The position numbers and the translations under genes were made by a program. DNA of 61,890 nt, counting the filler, from Sphacelaria rigidula (Eukaryota): assembly GCA_964200075.2 (NCBI GenBank). It is 11 parts of 11 records of this genome, joined end to end, with 100 filler letters (N's around TTAATTAATTAA, not from the genome) between each part and the next. Parts side by side here need not be neighbours in the genome. Positions count along the whole stretch, not along the records: positions 33,816 to 39,350 come from CAXNAA020026543.1; positions 39,451 to 44,985 come from CAXNAA020026544.1; positions 45,086 to 50,620 come from CAXNAA020026545.1; 8 more parts are not named here. One strand, 5' to 3'. A model generated the notes under the pieces. The model saw only the letters and a list, made by a program, of their open reading frames with translations. It had not been told where the DNA came from and made no database searches. The first letter of the stretch is position 1. Every line of letters starts with the position of its first letter. Below are positions 37,685-50,268 of the stretch, piece after piece.

Positions 37685-40600
37685 TAGCACTAACACGAGC
37701 ATTAGCACTAATATCGATATTGTGGCGCCAGCCAGTGGAAGCACTGTTGAACCATTGCTGTTGAGGGCCTCCCCAGTCTCACTGGCCCCAGTTTCGGTTG
37801 TCAGCCCTTACATCATTTCTCATTATTCAGGAGTGTCCGGGTAGGCACAGCCTTCTAGACTCGCCAGGGTATCAACGTAGTGTCCATGATCCAGATCATC
37901 TACACCAACTCAACGTAACGGCGTTAATTCGTCACAGATTTGAACAGACCTGCTCTTCGAAATTAGTCCCTTATGCTCAGTTCCAATTTGGAATCGGGCA
38001 TCAAGGCTATGTTTCGAACAGCAGAGACTGTTCAAACTCCGGATCTCCATAGCACGAGTGCCTTCAAAGACAACCCAGTGGATTTCAATATTAGCAGAAA
38101 CCATCGAGGGAGATTTGGATGTCGAAACCCCCTTCGAGGGCAACAAGCCTCCAGAGGGTGCGATACTGACATAATCACTCTGAAGGAGGAACCTCACCCC
38201 CAGAGGACGCGATGTCGTTGTAAGTCCTCTTGAGAATTATGCATACCCAATTAGAACCCTCTATATAGGGGAGTTTTAAAACGGACGGTAACGAGGGCAA
38301 CGTTTCCAAAATTCACTATAGGGTAGCTGAATGGCCGCGTAAGCAATATACGGCCTGGCCAGACGTACGTCTAGTAATAGTGGTGCAAGATATTTTGTTT
38401 TTAACAAAGCAGCTTGGAGGTGATGGCATCGACCTCTCCACCTCTCTCCAACGTTCCCAAACAGTTCTCTGCTTTCAGAAGGGCTACGTGTGTAGCCCTG
38501 CCTTCGCCACATAACCGCCCGTGAATACGAGCACTCTACTTGTCTTCCACTGTAGAAGCAAAAGAGCCCCACAGAGAATGTACATCCTCTGTAAACCAAT
38601 CCACTGAAACAAAAGATATAACCCTGACTGGATGTCCGTAATCCGGAGGGGGTGTTCCTGAGCGGAAACGTGTCCCTAACCGGGCGGAGTCTCTAAACTG
38701 CCGCAACGCGCCTAAATAATTCACATCAAATTGCCTATTTTCCTCCTTGCATTTCAAGTTAGGATGCAACGTACATGCCTGTGGCTACATTTTGGTCGGT
38801 TCATACCGACTACTGTTCACCGCAGAGAACCACGTACGGCATACCTTCGTCCACGCGTACGCAGCGAAGACCATCACCGTCTGACGGTGCACACTGATCC
38901 ACCATACGTCCACCACTTGCATGTACATGTATGTGTGTCTTGTACCTTCACCACCATGCGAGGCCTATGTGATAGGGTGGTGATGCGTCGACCTCTGTGT
39001 GCACGGAAGTCAAGTCTGACAGTCCTGGCAAAGTCAGTCCTCGCAGGGTACAATCGTGTCCGAAACAGTTCACACCCCAATAACTTCACGCAGTAAGCTA
39101 TATCCGCTTGATACAAATGGTTCCGGTTCACTGGTAGTCGTTATCGCTCTGTTCAATGCTCTTTCACGTTGCTCACCGGCTACAGCAATACTTAGCAGTT
39201 GGCTCCACTCAGCGAGTAAACGGCGGGAGGTGCTGCCAACCCTGGCCTGCTCCTCTTGATCGAAATCACATCCGACCTAGTCGAGCCTGATCAGACCCGC
39301 AACTATGTCGTACCGGATTTCGCCGTCAACGCTTCCTAGCCTCATGACACNNNNNNNNNNNNNNNNNNNNNNNNNNNNNNNNNNNNNNNNNNNNTTAATT
39401 AATTAANNNNNNNNNNNNNNNNNNNNNNNNNNNNNNNNNNNNNNNNNNNNTCACTGGCTTTTTTCCGGGTTTGGCCCCCGTTTTTTTTATTCCCTTTGTT
39501 TTCCCGGGCCCCTTTTTCATTCCCCCCCCCCCCCCCCCCCCCCCCCCACAAAACCAGCCCAAAAGTGCCACAAAAAAATGTCCATACAGCACCTGATGTT
39601 TGGGTTTAGGCTACACGAAGCGCCTCATATTGGCGACATTGGCTAGAACGGACTTGAGGGTGGGAAGTTCCAGCTGCTCGTTGTGTTCGGCTTTTCCCGT
39701 TTCGATTTACGTGAAGATTTTGCCTTCCAAAACCATGCACTTTTGGGGGGGAGCTATCGTAGAAAGTGTCCAGGTGCGCACAGGAAAGGTGCCGTCCTCA
39801 CTTCGTGACACACTGTTGCAGTGCCAGACGCACACAGTGGTAGTGACTAATGCCGAGATAGCCCTCCCACTGAACGTGCACCGGAGACTGCCGACTAACC
39901 GGCTGCGATCCCTCTTTTGGGCTCGTTTGCGGCAATTTCGCCGACATGAGAGGCGTATAGCAGTCCGAAATCAGCTATAACGCCAAAATGAGTCGCGTCG
40001 TGCAGCACAAAACCAGGTCTAACGGCATTTATGATCATCGCCTCCGTGCACTTTTTGGGCCGGTTCGGGGGGGGCTCTCTCGACAGCAGTCTTGTGCCGT
40101 CTTTACTTTGACTCAAATCACGTTGTTTTCCAGCAAAGGTTCTTCCTTTTTGTTGCTGTCTTCCTTCTTCCAAGGTCCGATCCGTAGGTGCCAACGGCGA
40201 GGCTCAATTAACCTGTTGGAAAAGGTGGCGCTTAGATCCCTTTGACGTGATCGCTAGAGATGGCGCCCTGGCAATCTAGCCAAGTAAGCAGACACGCTGC
40301 TTTAGAGTGTAGACAGAAGATAGTGTTCAAGGTAGGCAAGGCAGCCCAAACAACCCACCGTGTTGAACAGTCAACCGAGAAGGGTAAGAGCAACCCGACT
40401 ATTGCCACGCTCCATATCAGACCAAACTACCGTGAGCCGTACCGGGGTTCCACACAATGCATCCATTCCAATTTTCAGATTGGTTGTTGTCTCAGGCCAT
40501 TCCAGATTCGGCATTGGATTTCTGTGACAGACAAAGCAGAACTTTTCAAGAACTGCCCAAAACGTGACCCCATTATATGAAGTACAGGGTGGTATACTGA

Positions 40601-43600
40601 ACACAACACAGTCCTGCAGTATTTGCAGTGTCAGTTACTAGAACCTGAACACGCCTACAGTGTTGTGCTTATTTTAACCGACTGTACATACAGATACCGC
40701 ATAGCAGATAGCAGACGAATTGTAGTACAACGATGGTGTATCATCCACTCCCGCAAGGGAGCTACCGTACCGCTGATCATTCGATCCCGCAACAGGCAGG
40801 GCAGAGCAGCAAGCAGGGGGATAACTCAAGGTGGAATAAGCTGGCCCAGCGTTTGAAAACCGCCTCTCTGCCAAAATCGAGCCCATCCCAAATCAGGGGA
40901 AGAACGATCGCATGGGACATGTCCTGTATCACTGTGCCGCAGCACAAACACACTCATGCGCTGTCTCTTGCGCTGTAGCTGTCGCTGCGCTGTGGTGTCT
41001 CCAGGCCGTTTCGAAGACGGCTTGGTCTCCGCCGGGACTGACTGCCTGAGTTGCGCAACTTCTGTCATGGCGTTCGCTTCGAGAAATAATGCTGTCGGCA
41101 CGCAGCGGTCTCTAAACACTCCAGTCAAACGAACAAGGCGCTTCCCACACCCATCATTTCTTCGCTGTAGTCGTCGCTGTGCTGCTGTGCTTCTACACAC
41201 TCTACGACGATCACAGTGTGATGTTTGCTGGAGAGCGCGTCAACAGTTGTAGTGCTGCATGCTGTGTCCTGGTCTGCACAGAAGTGGGGTGAGATTAAAG
41301 TGCAGTACACAAAGTTGGAACGAGCACACTACGACTGTGCAACTGTCAATCAAAAACGCGAAGATATTTCATTTCACTTCGAGTGACCCCCATCTGTGGG
41401 AGGTGAGCCAAAAATACACGCGTCACCTAAAAACAACGACCTGGCTCATATGAAATGTACTATATAGACATGGTACATATCCTCAAGCCTGTGAGGGCTC
41501 GGTGTTGAGATGTTTTTGTTCCTCCGGATAACTCGCTGAAGATCAGTGGGTGGAAACGCTTGGTCCACTAGTGTTTAGCTGCTGTACTATCCAGGAAGCG
41601 AACGCCCCCGAGCTGCCACCCCACGTTCACCACCAATGCGAAGATAACAAGACAAGAACACGAACAGCAGTAGTTGTGGCCGCCACATACCAACGCATTT
41701 GCAGTGAAAGGCGTGCCTGACATCGTGCTAGAATAAGAGAGTACAGAAATTTGGATACAAGGACCAGCAGCGTCGGGCATGCCTTGGGTTCTGTCTCGAA
41801 AACGTCTGTCACAAGACGGCCGTGTTTCATCGGGAAACTCGTCCTATACAAGCCAAGAGGTGAAAAGGCATTCGCTCATGATACGTGAGATTGTCCTTTG
41901 TACACATCCCCACAGAACAGAGCAGCATATGGTGGATTCCATCAAAGTAAATGACGTGAGATTGGTTCCAAAAAATAGCATTTGGTCGTAGATGCAAATT
42001 TGTGTACATCGCATGGTTTACATATCCGTATTAGTATGTACAGGCAGTCAGCTGAAACATCGTGACTCTGCTGACCTGAAGACAGAAAACCACACATTCT
42101 GTACTGCACTCTGTACTGTTGTACAAGTGATTCTCTCACCGCTAGTGAAACGCAAGTACCTATACAACAGACATATTACATACGCTCATGGGCAGCTTCT
42201 GCAACGCTACATGAAGTCTGCCATGCAAGCTTGTTTTGTTTCTCTTGACCCAAACTCGTTCATCCAGGCTAGCTTGGCCTTACGAAGATGGTACGATACC
42301 TTCGCCATGTTACCCCCGTCTGCTGTAATACTGCCGTACAAACACTGTTGTAATAACCGCCGCGCAAGGCATCGTGCTTGCAGTCAGTGGAGCTTGAAGC
42401 TTTTTGTGCTTCAACTGCCGAACGTACTCAAATGTTGCTTTTCGGGCAACAGTACTGTGCAGTTGAAAAGCGGGGGGGTTGGGGGCGGATCCGGTTTAAG
42501 AGAAAAGAGAGTTTGGTTGAAGAGAGTGGTGTGCCAAGTTTTTTTACCCCTCGTAAACCGGCACCTGAACTGAGCTCTCTCAAACCGTGTATACCCTTGC
42601 GCGTGACTGCCGCCCTCCTTGAAGTCGCTGGTCTTTTCGCGTGCTGTTTTACCATCTCGGTATCACTTGTTTCTCACCCTAGCTTGCTAGATTAGAACGG
42701 CGCATGATTTCTCATTCTGCTCCTTTTCCATCATAACAAAGGAAAAGAAGAAAAGAAAATTGGAAGCGCGGTGCAAAGCAGAGCAATCTAGAGAAATACA
42801 ATACCATACGAAGCGTTGACGAGAGTAAGCCCCGCAACCTCGTTTTCTAACATCGAGTGGCAAGCTACCGCAGAAAGCTTATCGGGATTCGTTAACGGCC
42901 CGCAGGGTCATTTCGGAACTGACACTATTTCATTCATGAATTGACCGCTTCTCGCTCATAATTGTATCGTAGACTGTTGCCCATCTCACGGACACACTGC
43001 TCAACGGCGTTCCTTGATACCCCGGCATCTCTTTCTCTCATGATTTTGTGTTTCTCCTGTCTCAAAAGGCTTCAAGCCACCGCCTATGCCAAACTGAGAC
43101 CTAGAACCCTAACACAAACCTTGTTTGACCCTGCGACGTCATCGTTGGTCCCTTCTTGCTCGCTCCCGCAACACCTCAATCTGTAGCCCGGTCACGGCCT
43201 AGGCATGGCGGTGGGGGTGTTCATGAAGCGATACCTCCCGCCCAACTCCCAACAGGGACGACGTGTTGCGATGCTCAACGTGGAGGTGAGCAGTGGAGTC
43301 GATGAAAAAAGCAAAACAGTTGCCTGAAAAAATCTCCCGATCGATAGCATGAGTTGCAATTTTTCGTGCTGGTGCCGTCGGGTAGGACATGATCGCGCGC
43401 GATGTTGTCAACAGTGAAGTAGTTGAATGTGGAGCAACTAAAGTGGCTTTGTTTCTATTTTCGCTGGTCTTCCGTTCCGTGGCAATCCTGGCGGGGTTCA
43501 TGTAATTTCCTCTAAATTTTCCCAGCGGAGGCGGTGTGACGGGGAGACCTCAGCATAAACGGCATGCTTTTCTGTACCAGGTGGACTACTCCACAGTGCT

Positions 43601-45624
43601 CACCACGTTGTATACCACCGCCGAAGTATGGTAGGTCTCGCAGCCCCCGCTCTAGCGCATGCTGTCACGACAAACCTCTACGAGTATCGTGCTGTTAGGC
43701 TTGCGGGTGATATTGATTTGTCAAGGTGCACCGAGGTCGTTCGAGAAAAGTGCTGAGGATCCAGCTTCGAACGTTTCGCGTAGGCAGCGTTCGGGAATAG
43801 ATTGGGGTTTTCGTCGTAGAGCGCCCGCCTTGAGGTCATACACTTTTTTCGGAATCATCAGCTGCGGCTATGCCAGTCCCACTGCGGGTCGTGGTTGAGA
43901 TTAAATGAAGAATGCACTGCTGTCATGACGAAGTTCACGCCGACGACAACCCACGATGGACAAGTATAGAAGGGGCAAAAATATCCACCGTGAAGTTCGG
44001 AATTTCCCCTCATGACGTGACGCGTACAACGGCCTAAGCCGCCTCGCCCGTGCTGTGCGTTTCATCGCCCTTGATGCGTTTTGCGGTGTGCGCACCTACG
44101 GAACCTAAGGACGCATCCGAGAGGGTTTTCGAAGATGACCGGACAAAAACGCCAATTGCATCCGGCATCAAACTCCGACGAGGCCAGTTGCAGCACTTTG
44201 ACGTTGTCTTGCCGACCGACAGTGCTCTCGGCTGGAGTTGACCGAGATGTTCGGAATTGACGTGTCGTCGAGCGACCACGTGGACCATCTGGAAGCCCTC
44301 CGCCTGGAGAGAGCGTCGCAAGAGCAGATGTCAACTGCCGACGTGCTCATCTGCGAGGCTGCAGCTGACGCCGAGGTAGAGCAGCAGAAGAGGCTGTTGG
44401 CTAACGCGAGTTCTGTCTGTGTAGAGATGGAGCTCGCCGGTGTGTCAGACTTGCACCTTAGTTTACGTGACAGCGAGAACGGCTTTGCTTGCTGCGCGGG
44501 ATGACATGTCAACGGCCGATGTACTGAGGTGCGAAGCTGCGGCTGACACTGACGTGCGGCACGAGGAGCGGCTGCTGGCAGACGCGAGTTATGTGCATTT
44601 CGTGAGAGTCAGGCCACGATGGTGGTGGTAGAGGGTGGGGGGTATTTTGAGCTATTTCTTCCTCAAAATTCAACTTCAAATCGTTGCTGCAAGCAGCAAC
44701 GGTTGTTCGAACGCGCTGGTCATCGTTAGATATCGCTCATTCGTACAGCTGAGCACCGTTTTTACCCAGGTACAAGCGCACCGCGAGTATGTTGGGTCGT
44801 CTGACATACCAATGAGCTCGGTTTGTCGTGGGATCAAACTCCCCCCCTCCCCCAATCGCAGCATGACTTGTGATAAACAGTAGTGGGCGGTCTACCCACC
44901 CACACACACACCCACACACACACCCGGCGTGCTCCGTCCCGGCATAGTAGGGATGCGAGGTCAATGGTCTTATGACTATGGCATGNNNNNNNNNNNNNNN
45001 NNNNNNNNNNNNNNNNNNNNNNNNNNNNNTTAATTAATTAANNNNNNNNNNNNNNNNNNNNNNNNNNNNNNNNNNNNNNNNNNNNGGCGGTGTTTCCTGG
45101 TTGGGGGTCAAAAGGTGGGTCAAACACCCCAAAAGTGAACAATCCGTGGGCCAGAAATCTGTGTGCCATAATATCCGGCTTCATGAATCACCAAGTTTAA
45201 AAATCAGTACAATATCCGCGGAAGGGTGGAGGATCTGTGTGCTCGATTCCCGATGGGTGCGCTTTTTTTTTGCAAGTATCCGTGAGTACGGGAGCAAACA
45301 AAAAGTGGTTGACTGAGTTTGTCCGACGGGAGTTGACGCGGTGGGGATGTGAAGATCCAATCCGCGAGACCAAAATCCAAGATAAGTACCGTATTGGGGG
45401 AGAGACGGTTGGTTCTTTGAGACCACAGAGTCGTCCCGAGGAGAGGGAGGGCGTTAAAAGTGTGACGAAACAGGAGAAGAAAAAAAATATGATTTTGAGC
45501 GGACAGCACAGTACTCGTAGAGGGTTTTTTGGTTCATCTTTCCCATGTGTATTTGGAAACATCATGATGTGACTTCACCTAAGAACTGCACCTGATGAAA
45601 CGTTTACCCCTTTTTCAACGCTCA

Positions 45625-46109
45625 GACCAACTTTAATGGGGGCCGTTCAATATTCCTGTTGAAAAAAACTGCCTCTTGGGCCCTTCTCTGTCGATTTACG
45701 CCTGAAAAGAGGGCTACGTGGATGTTGACGCTTTGGAACGACTTGCTCTTCTCGTTGAGACCGTTCCAGGGCAACTTTGTATTTCCCGCTAGCCGAAGTT
45801 TTATTCTTGGCCACACACGCATTTTCAATTAAAAAAACGGTGAGGCGATGAAAATACTGGCAGATTCCCCCCTGTTTTTTTACCATCATTTGACCGTTTG
45901 TTTTTGAGAATATGCTTGTTTGGCCGAAAATAAAAGTGTGGCTAGCGGGAAATATAACACTGCCCTGGAACGGTCTCAACGAGTAGAGCAAGTCGTTCGA
46001 AAGCGTCAAGATCCGCCAAGCTCTCTCTTCAAGCGTAAATCGACGGAGAAGGGCACAAAACGCAGTTTATTTTGACAAGAATTTTAAACGGCTCCCATTA
46101 GAGTTGGCC
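45625..46109. mobile_element. Foldback PIF/Harbinger-like MITE, 485 bp
   Basis: Arms of ~220 bp are reverse complements; termini G(A/G)CCAAC...GTTGGCC; TCA duplicated on both sides (3-bp TSD). Confidence 0.88.
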
Positions 46110-46242
46110 TCAGATCTAGACCCTTAATCGCAGTTATACCTAGTGCACAGCAGGTTGACTCAATATGAACGACAACACAGAGAGGAAATGAGCCGAAAAA
46201 ACAAGCAAACAAACAATGAAGAGAGTGTCACTTTACTTGTAC

Positions 46243-46389
46243 CTGGCATTCACTGATGAGGCTATCATCTACCGCGTAGCTAGCCACCACGCTGGTGATC
46301 ATGAGGTTGAGCATCACCACCGCTGCTTTCTCCTCGTTTTCGTCATCCTCGCTGTCGTCTTCATTCTCCATCTTGGTCTTCTTTTTAAT
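46243..46389 (-). CDS. Candidate internal exon of an unidentified host gene (acidic stretch)
   Basis: CAG acceptor, 147 bp stop-free (IKKKTKMENEDDSEDDENEEKAAVVMLNLMITSVVASYAVDDSLISECQ), CAG|GTAC donor. Confidence 0.55.
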
Positions 46390-46543
46390 CTGACCATGAT
46401 CCATGATCCACGCAACAACAACGATGGCCACATACAAAAAAGTTTGTTTTGGGGTAAAAACAGAAAAAAAAAACGCCGTAAGAAAGTCAGCTCGAATTCT
46501 TGTGCGTGATGGTACACCATGTCAAGTGATCCAAGATATACAT

Positions 46544-47017
46544 TGTAATAGGGTTAAGTCGGGTGTATGGTAGACACGCCTTATTTGCAAGGCAGGAGGA
46601 CCAGACAAGAGGTCTAACACGCCAGCTGAGGGGTAAAGAACACTTCTACAGCGTACGACGCTGATGTTCTGTGCCTTACGTATCAATCCGTTTCACGCAC
46701 AGGTTATGATAATATCACTTCTTGATTGTTTAATTCCTCAATCTCCGAAGTACTTCTCAGTGCTCGATCTCTCTCTCTCTCAGGCAGTCAGTCTCACCGG
46801 AGATGTGAGAGTTTCCATGTCGGGATGCAGCAGTGTGGTCACCGAGGGCGACCTCACGACTATCATCCCTCGCTATATACGAGTTCATAGTCGTATCTGA
46901 CCAACTCTGAACAGACCTGCAATCTTGGAATAGCCCCTGAAATACCATATCATCTAGCTATACCTGTCAACGGGTCTGAGGCGGCATGATAAAAGGCTAA
47001 TATGCTTCCTCATGATA
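46544..47017 (-). mobile_element. 3' LTR of Gypsy family A (diverged)
   Basis: Plus strand TGTAAT...CATGATA; homologous to 1899-2363, including the adjacent PPT-like GGGTGGGTTAG on the minus strand. Confidence 0.8.
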
Positions 47018-47030
47018 CTAACCCACCCAG

Positions 47031-47990
47031 ACGAAGGTAGTCGGAAAAAGGCACGTCCGTGGCGACACCAAACGAAGGTAGTCGCTGAATGGAGCTACCC
47101 TGGGTACTACGATCGAAATAGCCGGTCAAGCCCCGCTCCAAATCACCGAGTATTGCTGGGCCAGTTCTCCCCGAGGCACGGTCCGAATCCATCGCTGCGA
47201 TGAACCCATGACCGTTTGGTGTCGCCACGGATGTGCCTTTTTCCGACTACCTTCGTCAGTTCAAGTTGTTGGTTTCCAGCACTTTGGGAACTGGACGCCA
47301 GATTGGGCCTTCTGATTTTATGTGTCAGTTCTATGTCCGTACGAGTGTCTGAGCAGTTCCCGGCATTGATTCCGTCGTTATTTCCGGGTGCCCTAGCACA
47401 CCGCGAGGTGCCTTACGCCTCCGTAGACGCAATGTGGACAGCTTTTGTCCACCAAGAAAGCGAACTCACTCCCGCCATTCGAGGTGACAAATATTTGTCT
47501 CCGCGTTCACAGCCTGCCACTGTCTCCTCCGCGAACACCTACGGGTCTCGCGGACGGCATTCGAGTTTATCTCGTGCGACATGGACCCCCGCCTCTGTCG
47601 CCGGTTCAGTAATGAGTGTTAGAAGTAACAAAGACCCCTTCTGCGCAAATTTTGACGCATGGCTGTACTCTGAGGAAACCTGAGACGATGTTTATTTTAC
47701 TTCTACAGCAGCTTTAGTGACGGATGATCCTCATTTGTGGAACCCGCTTCTGTCTTCTTCGGCTAGACATGACGCTTTCAGCCGCCACGCCAAGAAATGT
47801 ATCCATTGCAATGTACAAGGCCACAGGATGCGTGATTGTGACAACCCATGCATAAATGCGTTCGATCTCATGAACTCTGAACTACAGAGCAATGAACCCG
47901 CATGGCGCCGATGGCAGAAACGAATGCGCGACCATCGTACTCCAAATCGTAATAATCGCCACCATTCGAATTCTCGCGGCAACAAATATC
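47031..47990. pseudogene. Rearranged Gypsy gag remnant
   Basis: Plus strand FGVATDVPFSDYLRQFKLL...CIHCNVQGHRMRDC (CCHC knuckle). The apparent upstream gag part (..YFDRSTQGSSIQRLPSFGVATDVPFSDYLR) lies on the minus strand at ~47210-47031. Confidence 0.75.
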
Positions 47991-49147
47991 ATGAATTATG
48001 GTCGTGAAATAATTGATCCGCAGAAAAAAAAAACACATGCGCAGAAGCAGAAGATTCAAGTACGCGGAGGGAGTACAAAAATCTTACCCACTTGAACTGG
48101 ACCTTGTCCTACCCCACAACAGTCCAACGACAACAATAAGAACGACAACGTGTGACGAAATTACGCCGTTACGTTGAGTTCGTAGTGATGATCTGAATAA
48201 TGACCGGGGACACGGGGATTATAGAGGATTCTGAGACGTTAATGCCGATTCACAAGAACAAATTTCAGCGCTGAGTTCCCAAAGGGTTAAAGGCTAAGGG
48301 CCTACATATGGAGCATTAGATACCGCTTCTTCTTTTTTTTGTCATCACCAGCAGATCACCTCAGTGAAAGTACGTCTCGCATCAGCAACTTTTAACGAGG
48401 TGGCTGTGCTGAAAGGAGTCAAAGTAACGCGCGAGCGGACGATCAGTGAGACAAACAGAGTGCTAAGGTTGAGAAGAGAAGGTGGATTGCTGTCCAAGGT
48501 TTCAAGAAAGAAAAAAAAGGGCCTCACAGAAAGACATGGACCATAAAGAACTGTAAACGCCTCGAGATTGATCAGAGCAACGACTCACAGCATCGCCCTT
48601 TTTCATCCTCGCAAACCCTTCCCTCCCGATATTCAAGCCAAGAATGCTCAGGGCTCGGGGAGCAAAAAATAACCCTCTCTCCGAGGCCCGCCGTTGAACG
48701 ATGCGTGGGGGTTCCCTCGACAACCCGGCGTTCCAAATCCATGGTTGGGACACAACATGATTTTTTTGTGCTAAGCCCCCGAAGATTACAACCCTATATC
48801 AAACCCCAACCAAAGGAAGACAGGCAACAGGAATGCACACACCGGCGCCCTGAGCAAAATGTGCGTTGGCGGAGCTCAAGATCGGTACCTACGGCGATAA
48901 GGCTAAATATGAGCCTCTCAGACCCATGGGCCTCGTGTATTGCTCTGATCATGATGGAACGGCGATATTGTTAACGGCAAGTATTTTCCCACCACGGGTT
49001 CGGGGGGTACGGTGTTGGTTTGGGGGGAGAACTTTCGAGGGTTCAAGACAAACGCTTTATACGCACGTTTATCCATCCAGCGACGGCAGGTTCCAGCCAA
49101 ATTTCGCGTGACACGCCGGGGGCCATGCATCCATCCCATCTAGACAC

Positions 49148-49334
49148 CCAGTAGCGCATGTACGGCGCGATGGTGTCCGGTACGTGGGTCCACGCCAGAA
49201 GCTCCGCTTCGGCCGCCACGAACGCTAACGTGGTACTGACGATCGGGTTGATCTCCGCCCACGACAACTCCGCGGGAAGCTCCAGCGGAGGCTCATTTCG
49301 AGCGCCGTCATACCCCTTAACGATGGGAGTAATC
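49148..49334 (-). CDS. Possible orphan exon
   Basis: CAG acceptor; stop-free ITPIVKGYDGARNEPPLELPAELSWAEINPIV...PYMRYW; weak GT donor; no recognised domain. Confidence 0.3.
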
Positions 49335-50077
49335 TGCCACAAGATCCGCGAAAATCGTGTCGGGTGGGGGTGGGGGGGGGGGTGCTCATGATCATGCATG
49401 CCGTGGTCGTAAGACCACTGGCTTCGCATCCCTACAAAGCCGGGACCGAGCACGCCGGGTTTCGCCGGACCAGGTTCGCAATCAGTCACCAAGCGCGAAG
49501 CGCCGTGGTGTGTTCGGCAAGTCGCATGGAGGGTCGAGGTATGGGGGATACTCATTCGTTGCTTGCCCCAGTCGTTTAAACATTGTTGACCCTGCATCCC
49601 TTTCGAGACGGAGCAGGGTGGCGGTGAGGTTACTCCAGAGGACAATGGATCATGGCGTTCAACGGAGGTGAGTACACCTCCTGATACTTCGTAACAATTT
49701 TCATAACAGTGCACATGCACACGGCAAAAATATGAAATACTGCAGCGTACACGTGTAAGTGTTGCGCATGCTTTTGAAGGATACAACCATCGACCGCTCG
49801 CGTCCCCTATACAGCGATGCAAACATACGTACCCTGGGTCAAAGATATGTATCCCACACACCACGTCGAAAAACAAGACAGCAAGACTTCAATCGTGTGT
49901 TGGGTACGCTAAATACCCGGATGTATATCCTCCCGAATTTTGGGTATTGCGATGGTCCCATCTCCAAACTTTTCCCAAATATTGGACAAAGTTGCGTACG
50001 ATCGCATCGCTTCACCTAACGTCCGAGAATTGTCGAACTCGAGCTCGATACTCTACCCAACTTTTGGGTGCTTATTA

Positions 50078-50268
50078 GACCGTGTCTGGTCAAAAACATC
50101 TGGTGTCGAAAACCTGCCGTGTCGTCGAATTTGCTCGTATTTGATACGTCCACGGCATTCGTTTTCCCACGTGGTCGAGAACATGAATGCCGTGGACGTA
50201 TTAGGTATGAGAAAATTCGATTCGAGCGTAGTTTTTCGACATCAGAAACTTGTCGGACAGACACGGCC
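50078..50268. mobile_element. Hairpin MITE nested in a relative of the 26601 element
   Basis: GACCGTGTCTG...CAGACACGGCC with near-continuous internal complementarity; the flanks rejoin into TTTGGGTGCT|TCAAGTACGATTTTTCAAA, resembling the 26601 MITE. Confidence 0.7.

Noticed and set aside
38268..38703. Old TIR element
   Set aside because: Terminal complementarity is too degraded, and there is no TSD or second copy in the window.
41530..41585. Hammerhead ribozyme (CTGAAGA...GAAAC...GTT)
   Set aside because: Stem III can form, but stem II lacks the G-C closing pair and stem I does not pair.
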